A stretch of DNA of 64,000 nt from positions 420 through 64,419 of the forward strand of contig DATIXJ010000017.1 in NCBI GenBank assembly GCA_035518715.1, written 5' to 3'. This document shows, one piece after another, positions 9,342 to 19,556 of this stretch; positions within the stretch are counted from its first letter, which is position 1, and each line of letters opens with the position of its first letter. Source of the DNA: Bacteroidota bacterium (lineage in GTDB: Bacteria > Bacteroidota > Ignavibacteria > UBA10030 > SZUA-254). Below the pieces are notes generated by a model. That model ran no database searches and was not told where the DNA came from. It worked only from the letters and a program-made list of their open reading frames with translations. The position numbers and the translations under genes were made by a program.

Positions 9342-10589
9342 ATGAGCCAGCCAGTAATCACGGAAAAGCCGTCAGCAACGCCCACAAAAACGGCTGTGGA
9401 TCTCTTCCAGAAGTGCTATGATTTCACGCGCGCCGACGAAGTAAAAGCCGCGGGCTTTTATCCGTATTTTCGTGCCATTGAGGAAAACGAAGGTCCGGTT
9501 GTGCAGATCGAGGGGCGCAAGGTGATCATGGCGGGATCCAATAACTACCTCGGTTTGACGGCACACCCGAAAGTCAAGGAAGCTGCCCGGAAGGCCGTCG
9601 AAAAATACGGCACCGGGTGTTCCGGCTCCCGCTACCTTACCGGCACTCTCGATCTCCATAATCAACTTGAAGCCCGGCTTGCAAAATTCATGGGCAAGGA
9701 AGCGTGCCTGCTCTTCAGCACCGGATACCAAACCGCGCAGGGAATCATCCCGACTCTTGTGCAACGCGGGGATTACCTTATTACCGACAAGGACAATCAT
9801 GCCTGCATCGTTGCGGGATACATGATGGCGAAGGGAATGTTTGCCGAAATCGTCCGGTACAAGCATAACGATATGGCAGATCTGGAGCGCGTCGTGGCGC
9901 GGCTTCCGCACGGTGCAGGAAAGCTCATCGTTTCGGACGGCGTCTTCAGCACCACCGGCGAGATTGTCGAGCTGGCCGGTCTCATTGCGATTGCCAAAAA
10001 ATTCAATGCTCGCGTTCTTATCGACGATGCTCATGCCATCGGCGTGATCGGCAAGGGCGGTCGCGGTACCGCGAGTGATGCCAGCCTCGAGGATGCGGTC
10101 GATATGACCATGGGAACGTTCAGCAAGACCTTTGCATCGCTCGGCGGATTTGTCGTCGGAGAAGAGCGTGTCATCAATTACCTCAAGCATCATTCTCCTG
10201 CCCTCATCTTCAGCGCGAGCCCGACTCCTGCAGCGGTTGCAGCGGCACTTGCGGCACTCGATATTCTCGAACGGGAGCCGGAGCGCATTGACCGTCTTCT
10301 CCGCAATGCCAATACCATGCGGGAAGGATTCCGGCAGATCGGCTTCAGAATCATTGACGGCAGGTCGGCGGTTGTCCCGGTTATCATCGGCGACGACCTC
10401 CTCGCATTCAAGTTCTGGCGGGCACTTTTTGATGCCGGCGTTTTCGTCAACGCGTTTATCAGTCCGGGCGTGCCACCCGGGCTCCAGATGATGCGCACGA
10501 GCTATATGGCGACGCACGAGGATCACCACCTGCACCGCATCCTCGAGATCTTTTCAACGGAAGCGAAGAAACTCGGCATCCTGAACTGA
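9342..10589 (+). CDS. spt: PLP-dependent alpha-oxoamine synthase, serine palmitoyltransferase-like
   Basis: [23 protein letters not shown] and GTFSK (PLP lysine) are present. The C-terminal [23 protein letters not shown]...MRTSYMATH resembles Sphingomonas/Bacteroides SPT (WQALLDGGLYVNMARPPATPAG...) more than BioF or Kbl. No other bio genes are nearby. Confidence 0.7.
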   Translation: MSQPVITEKPSATPTKTAVDLFQKCYDFTRADEVKAAGFYPYFRAIEENEGPVVQIEGRKVIMAGSNNYLGLTAHPKVKEAARKAVEKYGTGCSGSRYLTGTLDLHNQLEARLAKFMGKEACLLFSTGYQTAQGIIPTLVQRGDYLITDKDNHACIVAGYMMAKGMFAEIVRYKHNDMADLERVVARLPHGAGKLIVSDGVFSTTGEIVELAGLIAIAKKFNARVLIDDAHAIGVIGKGGRGTASDASLEDAVDMTMGTFSKTFASLGGFVVGEERVINYLKHHSPALIFSASPTPAAVAAALAALDILEREPERIDRLLRNANTMREGFRQIGFRIIDGRSAVVPVIIGDDLLAFKFWRALFDAGVFVNAFISPGVPPGLQMMRTSYMATHEDHHLHRILEIFSTEAKKLGILN

Positions 10590-10677
10590 TCGTGCCTCGC
10601 GAGCCCCATCGCGTATCAAGAAGGAACCGGCGGCACATCTTCGTTCGCTGTCCTTTTCCATCATCGTCTGATTCGGC

Positions 10678-11796
10678 ATGAGCGCCATCGAAGTCCGACC
10701 ACTCTCCGACGGAACCGATACCAAGCGGTTCATTCAATTCGCGTGGGAAATCTACAAGGACTATCCGATGTGGGTCCCGCCTCTCCGGATGGACCGCCGC
10801 AAGCTCATGGACAAGAAAAAGAATCCTTTCTATGAGCATGCCGAAGCCGAGTTTTTCCTGGCGTACAAAGATGGCAGGATCGCCGGCCGCATCGGCGCGA
10901 TCTTCAATCATAATCATAATAAAGAGCACAACGAAAAGATCGGCTTCTTCGGGTTCTTCGAATGCCTCAATGATCAGGCGGTTGCCGATGCGCTCGTGAA
11001 GACTGCCCGTGAGTGGGTGAAGACGAAGGGGGGAACACTGATGCGCGGCCCGGCATCTCCTTCGGTAAATGACGAATGGGGACTCCTCATCGACGGGTTC
11101 GACAAACCGCCGGTCGTCCTGATGCCGTACAATCCGCCGTACTACAAAACCCTGCTCGAAAGATCGGGGATGAAAAAGGCAAAGGATCTCTACGCATACC
11201 GTCTGGAAGAAGCAAAGTTCGCGACCGAGAAATTGGCGCGTGTCTCCGAAGCCGTCAAGAAGCGGGAAGGGCTGACGTTCCGGACGATCGACATGAAGAG
11301 ATTCAAAGAGGAGGTCGCGCTCATCAAAGATCTCTACAACAGGGCATGGCAGTATAACTGGGGCGCGGTACCCATGACCGATGCGGAGTTCGATGCGCTT
11401 GCAAAAGATCTGAAACCGGTCGTCGTACCGGAGCTCGTCATCATTGCGGAATATCGCGGTGATCCGATAGGTTTTTCGCTGGCTCTGCCGGATCTGAATA
11501 TTGCCTTCAAGTACAACAAGAAGGGATATTTGATCCCGGGGCTTGTCCGACTGATGATGCACAAGAAGGAAATCAACTGGGCACGCATTATTGTTCTGGG
11601 TGTTGTCCGGGAACGCCTCAAAACAGGTGCCGCGAGTGTTCTCTTTTATGAAACCGGAAAGCGCTGTGTTGAACGGGGATACAAAACGGGAGAGGCCGGA
11701 TGGGTACTCGAAGATAACGTCATGATGAACAGAGGGGCGGAATTGATGAACGGGGAACGGCATAAAGTCTACCGCATTTATGATTGTCCACTGTAA
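10678..11796 (+). CDS. GNAT-superfamily-like N-acyltransferase (hypothetical)
   Basis: 372-aa ORF 89 nt downstream of the spt-like gene. The N-terminal FIQFAWEIYKDYPMWVPPL pattern matches proteins I recall as annotated GNAT-family N-acetyltransferases. No catalytic motif was verified. Confidence 0.5.
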   Translation: MSAIEVRPLSDGTDTKRFIQFAWEIYKDYPMWVPPLRMDRRKLMDKKKNPFYEHAEAEFFLAYKDGRIAGRIGAIFNHNHNKEHNEKIGFFGFFECLNDQAVADALVKTAREWVKTKGGTLMRGPASPSVNDEWGLLIDGFDKPPVVLMPYNPPYYKTLLERSGMKKAKDLYAYRLEEAKFATEKLARVSEAVKKREGLTFRTIDMKRFKEEVALIKDLYNRAWQYNWGAVPMTDAEFDALAKDLKPVVVPELVIIAEYRGDPIGFSLALPDLNIAFKYNKKGYLIPGLVRLMMHKKEINWARIIVLGVVRERLKTGAASVLFYETGKRCVERGYKTGEAGWVLEDNVMMNRGAELMNGERHKVYRIYDCPL

Positions 11797-11814
11797 TTCA
11801 GAAAGGAATCTGTC

Positions 11815-12741
11815 ATGCCTATTACACCTGTCGAAAAAATCTGGATGAATGGAAAGATGGTTGATTGGGACCAGGCGCAGATCCACGTCCTGTCCCACGT
11901 GGTGCACTATGGATCAAGCTGGTTTGAAGGGATCCGTTGTTACGATACGAAGAAAGGACTTGCGATTTTCCGACTCGACAAGCATCTCGAGCGGCTCTAC
12001 GATTCTGTGAAGATTTATCATTCCGAAATACCGTATACGCGCCAGGAATTCGAGCAGGCAATTATCCAGACGATCCTGGTAAACAAGATGCGTGCGTGTT
12101 ATATCCGTCCGATTGTCTACCGCGGGTACGGTGATGTCGGCGTGAACCCGCTGAATAATCCTGTCGATGTGGCGATTGCGGTGTGGAAGTGGGGGACATA
12201 CCTCGGTGCGGATGCGCTGTCGAAAGGCATCGATGTCTGTGTCTCCACATGGACCCGGCCGGCACCGAATACGCTTCCGACCATTGCAAAAGCCGGCGGC
12301 AATTATCTCAACTCGCAGCTGATCAAGATCGAAGCGGTGAAAGGCGGATACGCCGAGGGAATCGCACTTGACGGGAACGGCCACGTCAGTGAAGGAAGCG
12401 GAGAAAATATCTTTATGGTGAAAAACAATGACGTCTACACACCTCCGTTTACGTCGAGCATTCTCCCCGGAATCACGCGTTCTTCTGCGATGACGCTGCT
12501 GCGTGATGCCGGCTACCGTGTCATTGAAGCGCCGGTCTCCCGCGAGATGCTGATCGTTGCCGACGAGCTCTTCTTTACCGGCACCGCTGCAGAAATTACC
12601 CCGATACGCTCCGTCAATCGGTTGCTCGTCGGAGACGGTAATGTCGGTCCGATCACCAAGGTTCTCCAAAAGGGATTCTTCGATGTCGTGACGAACGGGA
12701 ATGACACACGCGGCTGGTTGAAATTTATCGTGAAGGATTAG
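11815..12741 (+). CDS. ilvE: Branched-chain amino acid aminotransferase
   Basis: [61 protein letters not shown] is collinear with E. coli IlvE ([46 protein letters not shown]...). Confidence 0.9.
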   Translation: MPITPVEKIWMNGKMVDWDQAQIHVLSHVVHYGSSWFEGIRCYDTKKGLAIFRLDKHLERLYDSVKIYHSEIPYTRQEFEQAIIQTILVNKMRACYIRPIVYRGYGDVGVNPLNNPVDVAIAVWKWGTYLGADALSKGIDVCVSTWTRPAPNTLPTIAKAGGNYLNSQLIKIEAVKGGYAEGIALDGNGHVSEGSGENIFMVKNNDVYTPPFTSSILPGITRSSAMTLLRDAGYRVIEAPVSREMLIVADELFFTGTAAEITPIRSVNRLLVGDGNVGPITKVLQKGFFDVVTNGNDTRGWLKFIVKD

Positions 12742-12806
12742 ATCAAGATTAATCCTGCCTGTCCCCTCCGGTACGGACGGGGCGGGACGGGAGTATAGGG
12801 GGAATT

Positions 12807-13310
12807 ATGAAAAGGGGTTCCGGGAAAAATTCTTCCCAACCGAAAGAAGGCACACGCGGTGCTGGCAAACGGGAATTTGCCATCCACCGTATTCTGGTCC
12901 CGATTGACTTCTCCGAGCATTCCAAGAACGCCCTGCGGTACGCCGTTGATTTTGCATCTGTGATGCATGCCGAGCTTCTTCTCCTCTATGTTGTAGAACC
13001 TGCGATTTATCCGGCAGATTTCAGCTTCGGTCAGGTCACGATCCCGCAATTCGAAAAAGAACTCGCCGAACGCGGTAAGAATGCACTCGAGGACCTGGCA
13101 GGAACGTCACTCAAAGGGAGCGTGCAGTCGCGTGCCATCATCCGGACGGGAAAACCGTTCATTGAAATCATCGATGTAGCAGATGAGGAGGACGTCGATC
13201 TGATTCTGATTGCCACGCACGGTCATACTGGTGTTGAGCATATTCTCTTCGGAGGAACTGCTGAAAAGGTTATCCGGAAAGCCCACTGCCCGGTGTTTGT
13301 GGTGAGGTAA
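12807..13310 (+). CDS. Universal stress protein (UspA family)
   Basis: ILVPIDFSEHSKNALRYAVDFA at the N-terminus and ATHGHTGVEHILFGGTAEKVIRKAHCPVFVV at the C-terminus are typical Usp ATP-binding motifs. The start codon is uncertain. Confidence 0.8.
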   Translation: MKRGSGKNSSQPKEGTRGAGKREFAIHRILVPIDFSEHSKNALRYAVDFASVMHAELLLLYVVEPAIYPADFSFGQVTIPQFEKELAERGKNALEDLAGTSLKGSVQSRAIIRTGKPFIEIIDVADEEDVDLILIATHGHTGVEHILFGGTAEKVIRKAHCPVFVVR

Positions 13311-13339
13311 GGAAAAGAATCCCTCCTCTGTCGCCGGGA

Positions 13340-14611
13340 TTACTTGTTCCGGCGGCGGTGTTGAATATCGTACGATTCCGACATCCCTCTCGCTCTCCAT
13401 CCCATCCACGCAACAGTAGCAAGCGTCATTATTCCGCCGAAGACGGCCGACGGAACGACTCCCATAATGCGCGCTGCCGTTCCGGATTCGAACGCTCCAA
13501 GCTCATTCGAAGACGACACGAAAATCCCATTGACCGCCATGACGCGCCCGCGCATCGAATCAGGAGTCAGAATCTGCAGCAGCGTCTGCCGGATGACGAC
13601 GCTGACGCTGTCGAAAGCCCCGCTGAAGAAGAGCGCGATGACGGAAAGAGTCATCCATGGCGAGACAGCGAAGACGAGTATGGCGACACCAAATGCTGCA
13701 ACCGAAGCAAGGAGGTTTCGCCATGCGTGGTCCATCGGGCTGATCCGCGAGAGTATAATGAGTGTAATCATCGCTCCGGCCGAAGGTGCCGCCCGGAGAA
13801 TTCCCAAACCTTCCGAACCCACCTTCAGGATATCCTGCGCGTAAATCGGGAGAATCGCCACAACGCCGCCGAAGAGCACGGAAAACAAATCAAGCGAGAT
13901 CGCATAAAGTATCGGCTTTGTATTCCACACAAAATTGAGGCCCTCTTTCACGCTCTCAATTAATTTCTCCGTTGCGGGCTCGAAGACTTCCTTCCGGCCG
14001 CGAATTCTGGAAAAGAGGGCAAGTGACACAATCAGCAGTCCGACAACTGCCAGGAGTGTGTTTGGAAAGCCGATCCAGGCGAAGAGAAAACCGCCGGCTG
14101 TCGGACCGACGATCGAGCCTGCCTGCCAGGCCGAACTGCTCCAGGTTGCAGCGTTGGTATAGACTTCAATCGGAACGAGAAATGCACGCAGCGACATCGC
14201 AGCGGGCGACTGGAACGCACGGCAGAGTCCGATGAGAAAGACCATACCGTAAATTACTCCAACCAGTACCGGGATCGGGAAATGTACCTGCGCGTCTTGG
14301 CGCGCGACAAGCTGCAGCACGAAGGACCCAAGAGTTATGATGCCGACTCCCCAGAGGATAATTTTACGCTTGCTCTGGCGGTCGGCGATGTGCCCTCCGT
14401 ACAGTGAAAGTCCGATGAAGGGGATCGCTTCGGCAAGCCCGGTAAATCCGAGGGCAAGTGGATCGCGCGTGATCGTGTAAAGCTCGTAACCGAGAGCGAC
14501 TTCCTGGATCAGGAGCGCGACGGTGAAGAGAAATGATGCGATGATGAGGTTGCGGTATTCCGGGAACCGCAACGCAGCATACGGGTCATCGGAAGAAGTT
14601 CTGGCGGGCAT
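13340..14611 (-). CDS. MFS transporter
   Basis: 423 aa, about 12 hydrophobic segments, with an MFS-like loop motif GGHIADRQSKRKI between TM2 and TM3. Confidence 0.75.
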   Translation of the reverse strand: MPARTSSDDPYAALRFPEYRNLIIASFLFTVALLIQEVALGYELYTITRDPLALGFTGLAEAIPFIGLSLYGGHIADRQSKRKIILWGVGIITLGSFVLQLVARQDAQVHFPIPVLVGVIYGMVFLIGLCRAFQSPAAMSLRAFLVPIEVYTNAATWSSSAWQAGSIVGPTAGGFLFAWIGFPNTLLAVVGLLIVSLALFSRIRGRKEVFEPATEKLIESVKEGLNFVWNTKPILYAISLDLFSVLFGGVVAILPIYAQDILKVGSEGLGILRAAPSAGAMITLIILSRISPMDHAWRNLLASVAAFGVAILVFAVSPWMTLSVIALFFSGAFDSVSVVIRQTLLQILTPDSMRGRVMAVNGIFVSSSNELGAFESGTAARIMGVVPSAVFGGIMTLATVAWMGWRARGMSESYDIQHRRRNK

Positions 14612-14691
14612 GCAATGAACAAGTGAGCGTTATGCAGTTATCGATGTGCACATATTTTGGGAGGATGCCCGGGGCAGGCAGTGCAGAAGGA

Positions 14692-15663
14692 TCACTTGCA
14701 TCGTTCCATGACGAATTGCACGAAAGCGGTGAGTGATTCTTTTGCCGGTGAGGCGGGGAGCGGGTCAAGTGCATCGACCGCAAGTTTGGAGTAATGCTCA
14801 GCCCGCTGGAGAGTATAGGTGATGCCGCCGTACGAATCGGCAAACTCGACGACCGCATGGACATCCTTCCTTTTCGCACCGTTCCGTATGACCTGCAGGA
14901 TCTGCCTTCCCTCGCTTCGCGGCGCCTTGGAGAGTGAATGAATGAGCGGGAGAGTCAGCTTCTTTTCCTTCAGGTCGATTCCCGTTGGTTTCCCGGTAAT
15001 GCTCGTTCTCCCGATATAATCGAGGAGATCGTCACGGATCTGAAATACCAGTCCGAGGTTCTCTCCGAATTCCTTCATGCGTGCACGAAGATCGGGATCA
15101 TCCGAAACACTCGCGGCGCCGATCTGACAACATGTCGAAATCAGCGATGCAGTCTTATCTGAAATAATCCTGAAGTAAGTCTCCTCATCCAGATCCAGAT
15201 CACGACTTTTCGCGATCTGGAGGATTTCGGCTTCACTCATTCTGCGTACCGCATCCGACGTGATCCTCAGAAATTCAAAGTCCTCATTTCCGATCGAGAG
15301 GAGAAGTCCTTTGGCAAGCAGGTAATCACCCATCAGAACGGCAATCTTATTCTTCCAGACGGCATTGATGGATGCGAGTCCACGGCGTGTATCGGCATCA
15401 TCGACCACGTCGTCGTGGATCAGTGTTGCGGTGTGGAGAATTTCAACGAGTGAAGCGCCGCGGTAGGTGCTGTCATTCACGCCGCCACAGGCCTTCGCCG
15501 TCAGGAGCACGAGTGCCGGACGGATCCGTTTTCCCTTTTGCTTGACGATGTAGCGGGCAATCATGTCGACGAACGCGACCTTGGATCGCATTGCGTTCCG
15601 CATGTATTCTTCGAACTGATCGAGTTCTTCGCCGATCGGCTCCAACAGCTCTTTCAGCTTCAT
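14692..15663 (-). CDS. ispB: Polyprenyl diphosphate synthase (IspB-like, long-chain trans-prenyltransferase)
   Basis: First and second Asp-rich motifs are present: LIHDDVVDDADTRRG and FQIRDDLLD. 323 aa. Confidence 0.85.
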   Translation of the reverse strand: MKLKELLEPIGEELDQFEEYMRNAMRSKVAFVDMIARYIVKQKGKRIRPALVLLTAKACGGVNDSTYRGASLVEILHTATLIHDDVVDDADTRRGLASINAVWKNKIAVLMGDYLLAKGLLLSIGNEDFEFLRITSDAVRRMSEAEILQIAKSRDLDLDEETYFRIISDKTASLISTCCQIGAASVSDDPDLRARMKEFGENLGLVFQIRDDLLDYIGRTSITGKPTGIDLKEKKLTLPLIHSLSKAPRSEGRQILQVIRNGAKRKDVHAVVEFADSYGGITYTLQRAEHYSKLAVDALDPLPASPAKESLTAFVQFVMERCK

Positions 15664-16478
15664 GCGGTCCCCGGCTCCCCGGCTGCGGCCGCATCGCGTT
15701 TGCGCTTGGCAATCTTCGCGACGAAAATGCTGATTTCGTACAGAGCAAACATGGGAAGCGAAAAAACGGTCATTGTGATCGGATCGGTCGTCGGCGTGAC
15801 AACCGCGGCAATGAAGAGGATGAGAACGATCGCATGCCGCCAGTACCGGCGCATGAATGCCGGCGTGATGATCCCGAACCGGGCAAGAAAATACGATATC
15901 ATTGGCAGCTCAAAGACCAGGCCGGACAGCAGAATCAGCTGGAGCACAAAGCTCATGTACTCGTTGATCGAGACGAGATTTTGAATGCTCGTTGTGCCGA
16001 ACGTGGCAAAGAACTGCAGCATGTACGGAAGCATGATGAAATAGGCAAATGCCACACCGGCAAAGAAGCAGATTGAGGTGTAGGTCACGATGCCGGAGAT
16101 GTACCGCCGTTCCTTCGGCAGGAGGCCCGGTCGTACAAATTGCCAGAGTTCATACAGTATCCACGGTGTGCTGATGACCAGTCCCGCCACGATCACGCAC
16201 ATCATGTAAAATGTGATCTGTCCGTAAGGAACGGTGTTGATGAGGTTCAGCGGAGGCGTTGTCAGCCGGCTCGGGCGCAGAATAACGGTGTTGACGATCC
16301 AGTCCGAGAAGATGCCGCAGATGACAATCCCGACGAGCGAGCCCATGGCGGCTTTGACGATCCTCCAGCGCAGCTCTTCGAGGTGTTCGAAGAACGACAT
16401 CTCCTGGTCGTCGGTCTCGTACGTGGTTTCGCGTTCTTCGTCGACCACTGGTCCGGATTCTTCGGGGGTGTCTGCCAC
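15660..16478 (-). CDS. tatC: Twin-arginine translocase subunit TatC
   Basis: MSFFEHLEELRWRIVK is the typical TatC N-terminal motif. Six predicted TM segments. The stop overlaps the ispB start (ATGA, 15660-15663). Confidence 0.85.
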   Translation of the reverse strand: MADTPEESGPVVDEERETTYETDDQEMSFFEHLEELRWRIVKAAMGSLVGIVICGIFSDWIVNTVILRPSRLTTPPLNLINTVPYGQITFYMMCVIVAGLVISTPWILYELWQFVRPGLLPKERRYISGIVTYTSICFFAGVAFAYFIMLPYMLQFFATFGTTSIQNLVSINEYMSFVLQLILLSGLVFELPMISYFLARFGIITPAFMRRYWRHAIVLILFIAAVVTPTTDPITMTVFSLPMFALYEISIFVAKIAKRKRDAAAAGEPGTA

Positions 16479-16481
16479 GGC

Positions 16482-17801
16482 TTACTTTCTCGTCGGTGTC
16501 TCGCCCGCGGCGGCTTCGCTGTAGAGGGGGAATTTCAGGCAAAGTTCGCTGACCGCCTGTTCCACCTCCTTGTAAATTTTCGTAGTGCCGATGTTCGTCA
16601 GAACGCGGTCGATATACGCCCCGATCGTCTCCATCTCCGGCTCTTTCATGCCGCGTGTCGTCAGAGCGGGAGTGCCGATGCGGATGCCGCTGGTGATGAG
16701 CGGGCTCTTGTCATCAAAGGGAACGGCGTTCTTGTTTACGGTGATGCCGGATTGATCGAGAGCTTCCTGTGCATCCTTTCCGGTGAGGCCCTTGTTCCTC
16801 AGATCGAGGAGCATGAGATGATTGTCGGTGCCATTGGAAATGATATAATACCCGAGCTTGATCAGTTTTCCGGCAAGCGCCTGTGCGTTTCTGATGATCT
16901 GTTTCGCGTACGATTCAAATTCGGGCTGGAGGTTCTCCCTGAAACCGACGGCCTTCGCGGCGATCACATGCATGAGGGGTCCACCCTGAATTCCCGGAAT
17001 CACCATCGAATCGATGAGCTCGGACATCATCTTCGTCCTTCCCGATTTCGGAGCTACGATGCCGAATCTGTTCTCGAAATCCTTTCCCATCAGGATCAAT
17101 CCGCCGCGCGGTCCTCGCAGCGTCTTGTGCGTTGTCGAGGTAACCACGTGGCAATGGGGAAGGGGATCATGCAGGAGCTTTTTGGCGATCAGGCCCGCCG
17201 GATGTGCAATATCCGCAAATAGGAATGCGCCAACCTTGTCGGCAATCTGCCGGAAGATTTTGTAATCGATGTTCCGGGAATAGGCGCTCGCACCGACGGT
17301 GATCATTTTCGGTTTTTCGCGGACGGCAATGGATTCGACCTCATTGTAATCGATATACCCGGTTTCTTTCTTCACACCGTATGCAACGAACTTGTAGAGC
17401 TGACCGGAGAAATTCACCGGGGAACCGTGTGTGAGGTGACCGCCATGGGATAGATTCATTCCCATGACCGTGTCGCCGGGTTTAACGAAGGTAAAGTAGA
17501 CCGCCATATTCGCCTGGGATCCGGAATGCGGCTGGACATTGGCGTATTCTGCGCCGAAGAGCGATTTCACGCGGGTGCGTGCGAGCTCTTCGGCAACATC
17601 CACAAATTCGCATCCGCCATAATACCGTTTACCGGGATATCCTTCGGCATATTTATTTGTGAGGACAGAGCCCATAGCTTCCATAACTGCTCTGCTGACA
17701 AAATTTTCGGATGCGATGAGTTCGAGCTTGGTATTCTGCCGGTGAGTTTCGTTGCGAAGTGTTGCAAAAATTTCGGGATCCTGTGCACTCAGATTGTTCA
17801 T
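16482..17801 (-). CDS. glyA: Serine hydroxymethyltransferase
   Basis: [19 protein letters not shown] and the [15 protein letters not shown]-lysine motif are present. I chose the internal Met ([15 protein letters not shown] = complement of 17799-17801) over the 469-aa ORF start, which adds a non-conserved extension running into rpiB. Confidence 0.95.
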   Translation of the reverse strand: MNNLSAQDPEIFATLRNETHRQNTKLELIASENFVSRAVMEAMGSVLTNKYAEGYPGKRYYGGCEFVDVAEELARTRVKSLFGAEYANVQPHSGSQANMAVYFTFVKPGDTVMGMNLSHGGHLTHGSPVNFSGQLYKFVAYGVKKETGYIDYNEVESIAVREKPKMITVGASAYSRNIDYKIFRQIADKVGAFLFADIAHPAGLIAKKLLHDPLPHCHVVTSTTHKTLRGPRGGLILMGKDFENRFGIVAPKSGRTKMMSELIDSMVIPGIQGGPLMHVIAAKAVGFRENLQPEFESYAKQIIRNAQALAGKLIKLGYYIISNGTDNHLMLLDLRNKGLTGKDAQEALDQSGITVNKNAVPFDDKSPLITSGIRIGTPALTTRGMKEPEMETIGAYIDRVLTNIGTTKIYKEVEQAVSELCLKFPLYSEAAAGETPTRK

Positions 17802-17838
17802 AGCGCTCCGGTAAGGATAAATCTCATGAATCACATGA

Positions 17839-18276
17839 CTACAGATTGGTGAGGGAGTGGATCTTCTCGACGCGGCGCTCATGCCGTCCACCCTCGAATC
17901 CCGTGGAAAGAAATGTCTGTATGATTTCCTTTGCCTTTTCCCACGTGGTCAGGCGCGCCCCGATTGCAAGAACGTTCGCGTTGTTATGCTGCCGGGCGAG
18001 GCGGGCTGCTTCAACCGACTCCACGTTGCTTGCACGTACACCTTCATGTTTGTTTGCGACAATCGACATTCCGATGCCCGTTCCGCAGACAAGGATGCCG
18101 TATTGCGCTTTGCCGGTTGAAACTTCCTCCGCGACCTTATGCCCGTAATCGGGATAGTCGGTCGATTCCTTGGAAAATGTTCCGAGGTCTTCGAATGGGA
18201 TCTCCAGGGACCTCAGAAGGTCCTTGATGCGTTCCTTATATTCAAAACCCGCGTGATCTGCGCCGAGAGCGATCAT
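17839..18276 (-). CDS. rpiB: Ribose-5-phosphate isomerase B
   Basis: [17 protein letters not shown]...[24 protein letters not shown] is the RpiB/LacAB signature. Start set at the internal Met (18276), so it does not overlap the upstream stop at 18284. Confidence 0.9.
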   Translation of the reverse strand: MIALGADHAGFEYKERIKDLLRSLEIPFEDLGTFSKESTDYPDYGHKVAEEVSTGKAQYGILVCGTGIGMSIVANKHEGVRASNVESVEAARLARQHNNANVLAIGARLTTWEKAKEIIQTFLSTGFEGGRHERRVEKIHSLTNL

Positions 18277-18283
18277 CCATCCC

Positions 18284-19549
18284 TCATTCCTGCTCGGTCC
18301 GAACGAACCATAATTCTCCTCCACTCAGTGTGAGTGATATACGGAGAATTTTGTCCTTTTGCAATTGGTTATCAGTCGTTCCGCGGAAACTATACTGGAT
18401 GCCGATGTTGAGGCGCGAATCTCCAAATACCGGTATGCCGAATCCGCCCGTCAGTCCGGTCTCATTGATGGGTGTACCGAACAGCTCATAGTACGATTCA
18501 TCATAAAAGAACCCGAGCCGGTATGCCCAACGCTGTGTAAACGGCAGATTCGGCCCGCGCTTCGGTGTCAGTTCGGCACCGATACTATAGCGCTTGTCAT
18601 CGCGGAGCGTCGCTCCGCTGGGGTCCAGAGTCACTCCCCAGTGCTGGTGGTACATGTCTGCGGCGACCTGGAAACGTTCCGTGGAGAAGGTGATCCCGCC
18701 GCCAGCCGCGTAGGGGAGTTTGGTTTTGAAATCGGGCGCGGCAATAGTATCGCCGGTCTGAAGAGTCGAAGAATTATAGGTATAGAACCGTTCATCGGTT
18801 TCGGTGAGATATGAAGTTGTGGTCAACACCCCGCCGATCGTCAGGGATGAAGTCGATGGGAGCTGCAGGAGCTTCTCCAGCCCGCCCAGAATCGCACCGA
18901 ATGAAAAACCAATACCACGTAATTCGTTCGAACGCACAATTTCCGAGCTTGCATAATCTGCCGTAATGAAATTCTGTCGCGTGGTGTATTCCAGAGTTCC
19001 GAAATAATAGTCGAGCTTCGCGCCGATGTGCAGGTCATGCCCGATGGTTGCCGAGGAACCGATGTAGGCGAGGGAAAGTCCTCCCGACCCGACATACTGC
19101 GTGGTGAACGATAAATCACTCTCGGTGATCGGGACGATCACGTTATAGTTAACCCGGCTGTAGGGCAGAAGTCCGGCGCTGACGACAAACCCGGATTCCG
19201 TGCTTACCGGGAGGGCAACGGAGGCGCCGTTGAACACCATGTGGCTGCGGTACGATGAGGAGGAGATATCTGATGTGGAGAACCCCTCATAAAGTGTACC
19301 GAGGAAAAACCTTGTATGAGTAATGTCCGCCCAGGAGGCGGGATTCAGCTCGCTGATTTCGTCGACGGGGAGAGAAGCAAGGCCTGCGCCTCCCATTCCA
19401 GCGGCACGACTGTCAACGAAATATCTCAAATCGCCGAGTCCGTACCGGGAATATCCCGATCCGCCGCTGTCATCCGCAAGCAGCGTGGAGCTCAACGAGA
19501 TGACCAACAAGCCAAGGGCGACAGTGGTGTGACGGATGAGAGCGATCAT
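18284..19549 (-). CDS. Outer-membrane beta-barrel protein, FadL/PorV-superfamily-like
   Basis: Signal peptide (VALGLLVISLSSTLLADD). The N-terminal motif SRAAGMGGAGLASLP...ELNPAS parallels the PorV copy in this window (ARADGMGEAGGALADD...WNPAG) and E. coli FadL (GLGRAYSGEGAIADDA...RNPA). Alternating beta-strand pattern throughout. Confidence 0.55.
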   Translation of the reverse strand: MIALIRHTTVALGLLVISLSSTLLADDSGGSGYSRYGLGDLRYFVDSRAAGMGGAGLASLPVDEISELNPASWADITHTRFFLGTLYEGFSTSDISSSSYRSHMVFNGASVALPVSTESGFVVSAGLLPYSRVNYNVIVPITESDLSFTTQYVGSGGLSLAYIGSSATIGHDLHIGAKLDYYFGTLEYTTRQNFITADYASSEIVRSNELRGIGFSFGAILGGLEKLLQLPSTSSLTIGGVLTTTSYLTETDERFYTYNSSTLQTGDTIAAPDFKTKLPYAAGGGITFSTERFQVAADMYHQHWGVTLDPSGATLRDDKRYSIGAELTPKRGPNLPFTQRWAYRLGFFYDESYYELFGTPINETGLTGGFGIPVFGDSRLNIGIQYSFRGTTDNQLQKDKILRISLTLSGGELWFVRTEQE

Positions 19550-19556
19550 TGACAGC

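Noticed and set aside
9372-10535. 387-aa minus-strand ORF
   Set aside because: It lies entirely antisense to the Spt-like gene. Long stop-free antisense frames are typical of GC-rich coding DNA, and the product is Arg/Ala/Gly-rich and motif-less.
9342-10589. Annotating the alpha-oxoamine synthase as BioF (biotin) or Kbl (threonine catabolism)
   Set aside because: No bioA/B/D or tdh neighbours. The C-terminal region resembles SPT more than Kbl as I recall those sequences. This is still unverified, hence the moderate confidence.
10459-11907. 482-aa minus-strand ORF
   Set aside because: It is antisense to the GNAT-like gene and overlaps the ends of two well-supported plus-strand genes. It has low-complexity R/D/F-rich composition.
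12742-12806. GC-rich hairpin CCCCTCCG-gta-CGGA(C)GGGG after ilvE, and a weak AATCCC/GGGATT pair at 13311-13339, as terminators
   Set aside because: They are short stems without U-tracts, so I did not report them as features.
16140-17222. 360-aa plus-strand ORF
   Set aside because: It is antisense to tatC and glyA, both of which carry unambiguous signatures.
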